Positions 1 to 8,794 of a stretch of DNA of 64,000 nucleotides are shown here, piece after piece. The stretch lies in IMG/VR virus record IMGVR_UViG_3300043077_000092; one strand, given 5' to 3'. Under the pieces are notes generated by a model. It worked only from the letters and a program-made list of their open reading frames with translations. It made no database searches and had not been told where the DNA came from. Each line of letters starts with the position of its first letter. Within the stretch, counting starts at the first letter, position 1. Made by a program: the position numbers and the translations under genes. Source of the DNA: a virus. Taxonomy: Duplodnaviria > Caudoviricetes.

Positions 1-3000
1 TCCTCTAATTTCTCTGCGACCAGTTTGTCTACAATCTTTGGATCATAGTTTTTTAGTATACCGGTCTTAATAAAGATAAAGTTCTTGTTCTTTGCAAAAT
101 AGTATGGTGAAATCATATACGGCTGTCTATCAAGAAGTTTATCGTTACCAGCGGAAATTACTGATGCAATAAACTCTGAGCAGAAATACTTATCCTCTCT
201 GGAAGAACCTCTACCAAAGATAAAGTTTGTAAGCCCAAGTACGTTATACTTTAACTTATTTCTCTTACCAAGTAATTCATCTACAAAGTTTCTCATAGAA
301 TCATACTCAGACGCAGTAGCCATATACATGTAGAGAGAATACCTAATATGAGCTGAGTTCTTCTTATAGATATCCTTTCTGATATTCTCATCAACCATCC
401 CATCACCATTAAACGAAACCATATTCTCTAAGTCTGTATCAAATGACAAACTTGAATGAGCATATGGATCATGGGTGAACGCTTTAATCAGTTTTGCAAC
501 ATTGGTTCCAGTGTAAGATAAGAAGATAAAAACAGGATAATATCTACCACCATCCTTAGATGCTTCTATATAAGTAGATTCTTCTACAGGAGTATCCTTA
601 TTGAGTGTCATAAATAACATTGCTGGAGTTTCTTTGTAAACTTTAAATCCTCTCTCCTTGTAAACCTTCTGAGCAATCTTATTGGATTTTGCTACAGAAA
701 GATATCTTGCATCGAAATCGTTTACTGCAATCAAAAGCATCTGATGAGATAAACCATATCCTCTATAATTAGGATTGATTTCAAATGCTTGTATCCAAGA
801 AGTACCATCATCTTTATGCTCGACGTTTAAGTATCCGACAACTTCTCCATGGTATGTCCAGATATATCCAGAAGTTCCTTCAATCTTTACATGACATAAT
901 CCTGAACTCTGGTCTTTGTATTTCTTAATAGCTTCAGGAGTCAAATACTCTCTTCTGAAAGAACTAAGATTTCTATGACCAAGACTCTTGTAATCTGGTT
1001 TCAATTCTGAAGTAACGCTGGTTTCTAATAAAGCAGATTCTGTAACCTGTCCTCGAAACCAATTTAGATGTTTCTCATGATCCAGATAATACTTTAAGAT
1101 ATTGGTATCTCCAGTTCTTAATGCATCCTTGAGGGAATCCCTCTTAAATCGTCGAAACATGGAAGTTGCAACTGAAGTTCCTTTAATTATAATAGGAAAC
1201 TTTTCGATATCAGGGTAATCATGAAGATGACCCGGAATCTGAACTCCTTCTACTATAAATAGGAGATTGGGATTTTTATTTGCATATCTAACGATTTCCT
1301 CAAATACATCAATCACGAGATTATGGAAATTATCTCCATTTAACGTATTAGAGGTTTTCAGTCTTGGACCAAACTTTTTACTAATATCCTGCCATAATCC
1401 ATAGTTTGGAGTCTCTGGAGAATTTGCCATATGCTCTGGCTGGCTAATCCAATCAAGTTGGAATACTTCAGCTTTGTAATCATAAGCAAGTTCATATCCA
1501 GTTGAAGTCTTACCAGAACCACTAAGCCCTGTAATAAGAAGTATATTTTTTCCAGCTTCGTGTTTCCATTCTTCCATATTGCATTGAATGTCACCCTTAC
1601 TGATTAAGTATGCTTCAAGAGATGGTTCAATTATTCCCGCACTTTCATCTACAGGTAAAAACATCTGGGTCCCACCATCTTTGGTCTTTACAGGGTCTTT
1701 AAAACCGAGACTCTTTGCAAGAGCTTCTGATTTATCATTTCCTTTATCAAATCCATACTCAATTCTCTTTGCCCAAGAGGGTTTCTTAGACTTCATAAAT
1801 CTCTTAATGAGAATTGTTGCATATCCACTTCTGCGGTATTCATCACCAGCTCGTGTTGCAACTACAATATGAGCCGTATCTCTCATCTGAGGGTGACGAT
1901 ATACCTCAATAAATGCAACAGGTATACCTGATACAACCATTACTTCACGATAGAATACGGTGTTCTTCCAGTAATTTTCATAAGGTGGATTAGAACGACC
2001 GATATATTCCCTTTCTTTATCGCTTAACGTCATTACAATATCAAGCATCTGGTTAGGGTCAGTTGTGTAATCATACACTCCATTTGTCGGTTTGTGAGTA
2101 ATCGCTTCAGTGAGTATTGCACCCATAACAGGGTAATCATCAACCCCATAAGATTCTTTAACTGGTTTCTGATCTGGCGCAGTTGCATCCATATACTCCA
2201 GAAATCTATTGACTTCTTTTAGAGCCTTCTTAGCCTCATATTTCATTCGTTCATCATTCTCATTAGAACCGTTTATAGTTCCTTTAAGAATGATCTGAAC
2301 ATTCTGAAGTTCCATATGAATACTCATCCATTCAACATCAGTCAATCTCTGGTGAAATAGTTTCTTCCTATAATAAAGAAGTAATGTATCATAATTAATC
2401 ATCGGGTCATTAAGGAGTTGGTTTCTCTTTACGAGATTAACTTTCCCATTAATCTTCCCAATAATTCCTTCAGAACCTTCCTGTATAGTTACAAATTCAG
2501 GGTCAAGGTCATCTAATTCAACCTCTTCCTGATAGTCCCATTCGAAATAGTATTTAGGGTCTTTGGAATCCCAGAATCCCTCTACCCAAACTGTAATCTT
2601 TCCAAGTAGAACTGTCGTATAGTTACGACCCATAGCGTATACAAAAAAATGATAGTCTGCATTAGGTTTTTCAACCTTATGCTCGTATTCAAGACCCGGA
2701 ACAATTTGATTTAGCATAAGTTTAATCTCATCATCCAATGTCTTAGAAAATTGCTCTTCATCTACTCCACCCTTTACTTCATACTCATCAATATGATAAG
2801 AACCAAAGTAAGTAGACCAATCCACATCAGTTGGTGCATAAGAATCCATTGTAGGTTCTAATTTCTTTTCCCACTTTGGTAAAGGACAAACATCCTGTTC
2901 CTTTAATCTGGATAACAAAGCAAAGAACTCAGCATAATCCTTGTTACAGATTTTGATATAGTTGACCTGATCCTTTATGGATTCCATCACTTCATCTTTT

Positions 3001-3656
3001 GCTTTTTCCTTTACTTTATCAACTGCCTGAATCTTTGGATGCATATTGGGATTATCTCCCCCATCTTTAAGCTCAACTTCCAGATTTAATGAACTGATAT
3101 ACACATCTGGTATATAGAAGTGCTTTTGTCCCTCATATTCATAATAATAAACATGGGGAGAGGGGGCAATAATATCCGCTCCACTCCAGAAGAGAAACGT
3201 ATCAATCATTTCTAAGAAATCACGACCATAGCTACTATCGTACATAGCTCTGTATTTCTTACCAGTATCTTCATCTTCGAAGATATAAGTGCCGCTGGTC
3301 TTTCTTCCATAAATCATCTTTGCCTGCTGTTCAGGATCATTTATGGAATAAATCTTTCCATGTTTTCCTATATAGTTTTTGCTCGCACGTTCTCTCGCTT
3401 TTCGTTTACACTCTTCACTACCACACATACGGTTATACTTACCAGTAGTCTCATTCCAACTGGTTGGAGTTTTACACTCAACACATCGACCTTCTGTCTT
3501 ACCAGTCCGCAGATAGTTTTCGTATCGTGCAGGAGTCCAACCCTCGGGGATAGATGATGCATGAGCTTTCTCAATATGATCAATGAGTGACTTCTTTGAT
3601 ACAAATTTCTTCTCACAAAGAAGACACTTTACTTGTCGTGGTCTTTGAGTTGACAT
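1..3656 (-). CDS. Multidomain polyprotein, 3'-partial (>=1218 aa): C2H2 Zn finger + TnsA/PD-(D/E)xK-like nuclease, GNAT, P-loop kinase, second GNAT, permuted papain-like (YiiX/NlpC-P60) domain
   Basis: Not in the ORF track because its stop lies outside the window. ATG at 3656 follows RBS AGGAAGGAG and the frame is open to the window edge. Hand translation gives CLLCEKKF..LIDHIEKAH; YIPDVYISSLNLEVELK; VATRAGDEYRRSGYA; LLITGLSGSGKTS; FEINPNYRGYGLS..SNKIAQKVYKERGF; YAHSSLSF..YFCSEF. Confidence 0.85.
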   Translation of the reverse strand, partial: MSTQRPRQVKCLLCEKKFVSKKSLIDHIEKAHASSIPEGWTPARYENYLRTGKTEGRCVECKTPTSWNETTGKYNRMCGSEECKRKARERASKNYIGKHGKIYSINDPEQQAKMIYGRKTSGTYIFEDEDTGKKYRAMYDSSYGRDFLEMIDTFLFWSGADIIAPSPHVYYYEYEGQKHFYIPDVYISSLNLEVELKDGGDNPNMHPKIQAVDKVKEKAKDEVMESIKDQVNYIKICNKDYAEFFALLSRLKEQDVCPLPKWEKKLEPTMDSYAPTDVDWSTYFGSYHIDEYEVKGGVDEEQFSKTLDDEIKLMLNQIVPGLEYEHKVEKPNADYHFFVYAMGRNYTTVLLGKITVWVEGFWDSKDPKYYFEWDYQEEVELDDLDPEFVTIQEGSEGIIGKINGKVNLVKRNQLLNDPMINYDTLLLYYRKKLFHQRLTDVEWMSIHMELQNVQIILKGTINGSNENDERMKYEAKKALKEVNRFLEYMDATAPDQKPVKESYGVDDYPVMGAILTEAITHKPTNGVYDYTTDPNQMLDIVMTLSDKEREYIGRSNPPYENYWKNTVFYREVMVVSGIPVAFIEVYRHPQMRDTAHIVVATRAGDEYRRSGYATILIKRFMKSKKPSWAKRIEYGFDKGNDKSEALAKSLGFKDPVKTKDGGTQMFLPVDESAGIIEPSLEAYLISKGDIQCNMEEWKHEAGKNILLITGLSGSGKTSTGYELAYDYKAEVFQLDWISQPEHMANSPETPNYGLWQDISKKFGPRLKTSNTLNGDNFHNLVIDVFEEIVRYANKNPNLLFIVEGVQIPGHLHDYPDIEKFPIIIKGTSVATSMFRRFKRDSLKDALRTGDTNILKYYLDHEKHLNWFRGQVTESALLETSVTSELKPDYKSLGHRNLSSFRREYLTPEAIKKYKDQSSGLCHVKIEGTSGYIWTYHGEVVGYLNVEHKDDGTSWIQAFEINPNYRGYGLSHQMLLIAVNDFDARYLSVAKSNKIAQKVYKERGFKVYKETPAMLFMTLNKDTPVEESTYIEASKDGGRYYPVFIFLSYTGTNVAKLIKAFTHDPYAHSSLSFDTDLENMVSFNGDGMVDENIRKDIYKKNSAHIRYSLYMYMATASEYDSMRNFVDELLGKRNKLKYNVLGLTNFIFGRGSSREDKYFCSEFIASVISAGNDKLLDRQPYMISPYYFAKNKNFIFIKTGILKNYDPKIVDKLVAEKLE

Positions 3657-3792
3657 ATCTATCATCTCCTTCCTAAATTTTATGCTTATAAAATCCCTAA
3701 TTTATTGGGATTTAAGGCTTATTTTCTTGTGGAATACGGCTGAAATTAAGAATTGTGCAGGTTACATATAAATAAAGAAACGGGGTGTTAAA

Positions 3793-4224
3793 ATGTTAAA
3801 AAGAGAGATTGATTTTACAACGGATAAGTATAATGATCCAGTGTATTTATCAAAGCGTGACTCTGTTGCGCAACTCGTAGAAAACGCACTATTTATGAAG
3901 AAGGGCAACCTATTAAGCCACCCCGACCGATATGTCGATATTGAAAGATATCTCAACAAACCAGTTGATTCTATTGATGAGCTAAGGATATTAGCTGATT
4001 TGAAAGCAACAATTGGTGAAGATTTGGTTGGGAATGACATAAAGTCTCTCACATTCAATGTCATTACTACAGACGTTAATGGAGTTGACATGGAGGTTGC
4101 GCTAATAGTAGTCAGTTTATCAATTGATAATACTGACGATTTGATGGCTATTGCTTTACAGCGAGAAAAGGACAACGTCGTCCGCTATCAATACAGTTTT
4201 ATTAACGAAGACGTTCCGGTATAA
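3793..4224 (+). CDS. Putative gp25-like baseplate wedge / sheath-initiator protein
   Basis: 143 aa. The segment LVENALFMKKGNLLSHPDRYVDIERYL resembles the gp25 core (L..lL.T.kG....PdfG.dl..yl), and the gene sits in a structural cluster. Confidence 0.55.
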   Translation: MLKREIDFTTDKYNDPVYLSKRDSVAQLVENALFMKKGNLLSHPDRYVDIERYLNKPVDSIDELRILADLKATIGEDLVGNDIKSLTFNVITTDVNGVDMEVALIVVSLSIDNTDDLMAIALQREKDNVVRYQYSFINEDVPV

Positions 4225-4250
4225 TTTTTTAGGAAGGAGGATTCTAACAC

Positions 4251-6410
4251 ATGGCAACGCATAAAGAGGGAAACCTCGACATGAATGCATTATTGAAAGC
4301 TTCAAGAGAACAGCATAGTGAACGCCAGAACAAACCAGTTCAGACAAGGAAACCACCCGGACCTGCGGCGGAACCTGTAAAGGTTATCAATAGCAGTGCC
4401 GATGTTGCAAATGCACAGCATGGTGAATATGTTCAAACTGCGGATGGTTATGGTGCAATCGTTGTTGATCATGAAGAGCAGATTAAGAAGATGCAGGAAA
4501 ACGACAAGACAGGAAAGACACTTCTTGCATTGGTAGATTCTTCTACCCTAATATCAGATGCAAATGATTACGTACCTGATTACGGAGAAGAGGCACCAGA
4601 AGGATACAATCCGGGTGAACAATGGATAACCGAAAATCCTTATGACCCAAAGGCGAGAACTTTGGTCGATATAAAAAAGGGGTTTTCGGAATTAACCTTT
4701 GGTATAAACGGTTTAGTAGATGCAAACTCAGACGAAGGACGTTCTGTAAACGAAGCTATGGAAAAACTTCGTTCTGGGGAAATTGTATTACCTACACCAG
4801 AGGAATATGAACAACAGAAAGCTGAAGCCGCTGAGAGGCGAAAACAAAGACAAGAACGTTTAGCTAATCAGAACAAAGAAGAGGCTGAAAAGAAAAAAGA
4901 GGAATCAAAACCATCGAATGTTTCAATAGAACCAACTATAGAGGAACCTAAGATGGCTGAGATGCCTGAACATGCAATTATGAAGAAAGGGGCTATAGAG
5001 CAAATGAGTGAAATTGTTACAATGAATCCGACTACTGGTAACCAGAGACAGGGAACTCCTGTATCAGTTGCAGTACAGGAAGAGAAGAAAACGGAAGAGC
5101 GAGTTGCAGTAAAACCCGTTCAAACTCCCGAGGCTACAAATGTTGTAGAGAGTAATGTTCCAACTAAACCTACTCCTAATGAAGAACCTCAGGGATTATT
5201 AATCGATACTCCTGAGCCTGAAAATAAGGCTACAGGACCTCTTAATTTGGGTGCTTTAGAGGATGAGATGGAAGAGGCTAATGCATCCGCTGGTGAACAG
5301 AAAAAAGAAGAGGAAAAGAAAGATCCGAATACACCGGAAGTATTAATCAATGTACCTGAAGGTGGTGCATCTGATGTAATTCAGGCATTACCACTCAGTA
5401 CCTACGATAAAATCGTTAGGTCTAAGAGTATTCAGGTAAACGAGATTGAAAAGAAAGATGTTCCGGTTGCAACCAGACGTATTACAAATATCGCTGATTA
5501 CCGTGCACTTGCAAACAGACGTAAAGCATCTAAGGATGTGGAGATTACGGAGAGAGTGCTGGTAAATTCAGGTCTTATAATTACATTAAAATCCGCAACA
5601 TCTCTTGAGATGGCAACCATCTTTAAGTCAGTTGCAGATTCTGAGACCGATTGGTCTAAGATGTATTCATTCGTATATGAACATCATACAGGCACATCTA
5701 TCGGAAAGCTCAGCTACAATGACTTCGTTCAGAAGATCAGCCCAAGTGACATTGAGACATGTCTTGATGGTATCTATGAAATCTCTGAGACGGATGAAAG
5801 AAAGGTACAGCTTAACTGCGGTATCGGTGATGGTGGATGCGGTGCTCCATACGAAGTAACCATTAAACCGGCTACATTACCTTGTGTTGACAGACTTCCT
5901 GAGGCATCTAAAAACAGAGTTAAGGAAATCGTCAGTGTAAGAAACAACATCGAAGAAGCCAGAAAGGTTCAGGAGAGTTCTCCTACTATGATGGCGAAGT
6001 ATGTTCAGTTTGGTGACAGAACACTTTGTGTTCGTTCAACCACTGGTCATATGATTATTGAGAGAAATGATCAGCTCGAAAACATTACAGTTAACTACAA
6101 TGCACTTATTGCATTGCTCGTTCTTTACGTTGAAAGTATCAAGATTTCTTACAGTGTAAGAGAAGATGCTGCACCGGAAGTTATTGAGATTGATGCGGTT
6201 GATTTGATTTGTGAAGAGTTAAAGACTTTAAACGATGTCGAGTTGGAAGAGTTAAAGCAGATTATTGCTGAAGGACTTAACGATTATGAACCGGTTAAAT
6301 ACTCTCTTAAGGGTACATTCAGATGCCCGAACTGTGGAAACACTAAGACCGAAGTTGATTGCAACATCTCTGACCTGATTTTTCAAAAAGTCCAGCGGAT
6401 GTTGGAGTAA
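4251..6410 (+). CDS. T4 gp26-like baseplate hub/tail assembly chaperone with long disordered N-terminus
   Basis: C-terminal domain DIETCLDGIYEIS..LNCG..GCG..V.I and terminal FRCPNCG..ISDLIF match the gp26-family pattern. The N-terminal ~360 aa are E/K/P-rich. Confidence 0.55.
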   Translation: MATHKEGNLDMNALLKASREQHSERQNKPVQTRKPPGPAAEPVKVINSSADVANAQHGEYVQTADGYGAIVVDHEEQIKKMQENDKTGKTLLALVDSSTLISDANDYVPDYGEEAPEGYNPGEQWITENPYDPKARTLVDIKKGFSELTFGINGLVDANSDEGRSVNEAMEKLRSGEIVLPTPEEYEQQKAEAAERRKQRQERLANQNKEEAEKKKEESKPSNVSIEPTIEEPKMAEMPEHAIMKKGAIEQMSEIVTMNPTTGNQRQGTPVSVAVQEEKKTEERVAVKPVQTPEATNVVESNVPTKPTPNEEPQGLLIDTPEPENKATGPLNLGALEDEMEEANASAGEQKKEEEKKDPNTPEVLINVPEGGASDVIQALPLSTYDKIVRSKSIQVNEIEKKDVPVATRRITNIADYRALANRRKASKDVEITERVLVNSGLIITLKSATSLEMATIFKSVADSETDWSKMYSFVYEHHTGTSIGKLSYNDFVQKISPSDIETCLDGIYEISETDERKVQLNCGIGDGGCGAPYEVTIKPATLPCVDRLPEASKNRVKEIVSVRNNIEEARKVQESSPTMMAKYVQFGDRTLCVRSTTGHMIIERNDQLENITVNYNALIALLVLYVESIKISYSVREDAAPEVIEIDAVDLICEELKTLNDVELEELKQIIAEGLNDYEPVKYSLKGTFRCPNCGNTKTEVDCNISDLIFQKVQRMLE

Positions 6411-6436
6411 ATCTTGTCAATCACGACAGAGATTGG

Positions 6437-6649
6437 TTGTATCTGACAAAGGACCTTGGTATCTCACTTCCGCTGTGGGAATACGATTCTCTATCGAGAA
6501 AACGTATATCACGACTTATGGAAATACAAGAAAAGCGGCTTGAAGTTGAACGTGAAGCGAAAGAACAACAAATGAAAGAGGCTGAGCGTAGAGCAAAGAG
6601 TGCCGCTAGATCAAATGGACGAGGGGCTCAAAGAATACCCCTAAATTAA
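6437..6649 (+). CDS. Small chaperone-like ORF, probably translated as a -1 frameshift extension of the upstream gene
   Basis: TTG start with no good RBS. Its frame (-1 relative to the upstream gene) is open back to 6374 across ATTTTTCAAAAAG. Charged helical C-terminus. Confidence 0.5.
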   Translation: MYLTKDLGISLPLWEYDSLSRKRISRLMEIQEKRLEVEREAKEQQMKEAERRAKSAARSNGRGAQRIPLN

Positions 6650-6659
6650 AAAGATAATG

Positions 6660-6702
6660 GAAAGACCTCTGGGTTTAATTTTTATACCTAGTGGTCTTTC
6701 TT
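6660..6702 (+). terminator. Imperfect stem-loop, putative intrinsic terminator
   Basis: GAAAGACC...GGTCTTTC inverted repeat after the 6649 stop. Confidence 0.5.
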
Positions 6703-6738
6703 AACCAAAAGATATGAAAATTGGAGGAAACGAGTAAA

Positions 6739-7059
6739 ATGATTAAATTAAATGACAGATTGCAGTTTATTGATCAGTGTGTCGCCGGTGAAAAGACTCG
6801 TTTTCAGAAACTCCTATCCATAGCAGTATTCGATGGCTTTAGTAGAAGCTACGAAATATATCGGGATTATATCCGTCAGAAGAATAACATTGATGACATC
6901 AGTTGTGATGTCGACGAAGAAATTTTAACACTGCATCTTGTATCTGGTGCACCTATGGATGATTTATTATCAGAGAATTTTCCGAAGAGAGGAGTAACCC
7001 CTGTGATAACCGACAGAGGGGTTGATTTAAACATCAAATTAATAGACAATGTGCTATGA
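6739..7059 (+). CDS. Hypothetical protein
   Basis: ATG at 6739 after GGAGG; ~106 aa. Confidence 0.7.
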   Translation: MIKLNDRLQFIDQCVAGEKTRFQKLLSIAVFDGFSRSYEIYRDYIRQKNNIDDISCDVDEEILTLHLVSGAPMDDLLSENFPKRGVTPVITDRGVDLNIKLIDNVL

Positions 7060-7078
7060 AAGGAGATGTTATCATCCA

Positions 7079-8698
7079 ATGAAAATATGGTTATTACCAC
7101 AAGAAGAGTTTCAGTCACTGAATAACCTAAAGGAAGTAACAAATCCAGTACCTTTCGAGAAAGGAATGGTTCCGACTTCTGATGGTCTGTTTTCAACAGA
7201 GATATTCGGTATGAACACGTACGACAGAAAGCACAATTGGGCGTATATTGATTTAAAAAATCACTATCTCACTCCGAAAGTCTACGTTACTCTCAAAGCA
7301 TTAAACCGTAACTTTGAAGCTGTAATATACGGCACGAAGAAGTTTCGTATTGAGAATGGCGTACTCGTTTTGGATGAAGAAAATGGTGGTACAGGAATTG
7401 AATGGTTATACAAGAATTGGGATAAGATAAACTTCCAGAAGAATGACAGTAACAAAAGAAATTCCAGAATTGATATGCTCAACAATTACAAGAGAGACGA
7501 AATCTTTATTACGAAATTTGGAGTTAATCCAGCGTTTTATAGAGACGTCAATCTTCAGGGTAATTCTAGCGGAAGACCAAAGATTCCAGAAATCAACGAC
7601 ATGTATGCGGCAATTATTCGTAATGTAAAGATGATTGAAGACGCAACAAGTTTTGATATCTTGATTAATTCCGTTATAGGAAAAACCCAATCTACATTAA
7701 ACGAAATATATGACCTAATGAAAGAAAAGATTAATGGAAAGAATGGATATCTTAGACGTTCAATCCTTGGCAAATCTATCGATTATTGCGGTCGTATTGT
7801 TATTACAGCAACTCCGTATGATAATGAATCAGTGGAAGATCAGCATATCAACTTCTACTATACTGGAGTTCCATTATCCCATTGCTGTGCTCAGCTTACA
7901 CCTTTCATCATTTGGTGGTTAAAGGGATATTTCAGGGCAAACGTATTTGCTCATAAAGATCAGTTTCCTGTTCTTGATGATAAACTCAATAAAGTCTATG
8001 TTCATTTGGATAACCCTGAGATTGTTTTCAATGAGGATTATCTGGATAGATGTCTTACAAGATGGATTAATAACCCCTCTAGTAGATTTGACTTGATTGA
8101 GCTACCTATTAAAGAAGAGGACAAAAAGAAATACAATATCAGAAAGCCACGGTATCTGACGCTTGTTGGTAATAGTTACCAAACAACAACTATGGCTAGA
8201 AGAGCATATTCCACAAAAAGTATTGAGGGAGTGCGTTATATAGAACGTCCCATGACATGGACTGACTTACTTTATATGGCGGCGTCTGACGTATCAGAAG
8301 ACAAACATGTTGAGATAACTCGTTATCCGATGTTGGACTACCTTGGAACATTCATCTCTAGGGTATACGTTATTTCAACAAGAACAACTACACCAATGAT
8401 TATCAATGATAAGTTATACGAGACATATCCAGTAATTGATGTTAATTGTGCAAAGGGACGTATTGAAGCTCAATTCATCGATTCTTATAAAATTTGCCCT
8501 CTTTATCTTCCGGGTTTGGATGGTGACCACGATGGTGACCAGATTACCTCTAAGATTATATTTACAAAAGAGGCAAACGAAGAGGCAGAACGTATCATGA
8601 CAAGTAAGTCTAATATTCTTACAATCGATGGAGCAAGTATTCGTTCTATTGGTAATGAGGGTATTCAGACTCTCTATACAATGACAAAGTTTCACTGA
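7079..8698 (+). CDS. rpoC: Phage multisubunit RNA polymerase beta' subunit, N-terminal/catalytic half (probably virion RNAP)
   Basis: Motifs GLFSTEIFG, GKNGYLRRSILGKSIDYCGRIVI, RYP and catalytic LDGDHDGDQ. No N-terminal Zn-ribbon cysteines. ATG 7079 follows GAAAGGAG. Confidence 0.92.
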   Translation: MKIWLLPQEEFQSLNNLKEVTNPVPFEKGMVPTSDGLFSTEIFGMNTYDRKHNWAYIDLKNHYLTPKVYVTLKALNRNFEAVIYGTKKFRIENGVLVLDEENGGTGIEWLYKNWDKINFQKNDSNKRNSRIDMLNNYKRDEIFITKFGVNPAFYRDVNLQGNSSGRPKIPEINDMYAAIIRNVKMIEDATSFDILINSVIGKTQSTLNEIYDLMKEKINGKNGYLRRSILGKSIDYCGRIVITATPYDNESVEDQHINFYYTGVPLSHCCAQLTPFIIWWLKGYFRANVFAHKDQFPVLDDKLNKVYVHLDNPEIVFNEDYLDRCLTRWINNPSSRFDLIELPIKEEDKKKYNIRKPRYLTLVGNSYQTTTMARRAYSTKSIEGVRYIERPMTWTDLLYMAASDVSEDKHVEITRYPMLDYLGTFISRVYVISTRTTTPMIINDKLYETYPVIDVNCAKGRIEAQFIDSYKICPLYLPGLDGDHDGDQITSKIIFTKEANEEAERIMTSKSNILTIDGASIRSIGNEGIQTLYTMTKFH

Positions 8699-8707
8699 AA
8701 AAGATTT

Positions 8708-8744
8708 GATAAGTGGCTAAGTTTCTTAGTCACTTATCATTTTG
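8708..8744 (+). terminator. Intrinsic terminator
   Basis: GATAAGTGGCTAAG-TTT-CTTAGTCACTTATC followed by ATTTTG. Confidence 0.7.
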
Positions 8745-8794
8745 ATCGTTACACCTAGTTAAAGCTTATATAATTAAGGAGGGAAATATTTAAT

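Noticed and set aside
1358-3616. Short track ORFs 1358-1594, 1588-1872, 3360-3557 and 3368-3616
   Set aside because: They are shadows of the real minus-strand ORF starting at 3656 that runs off the window.
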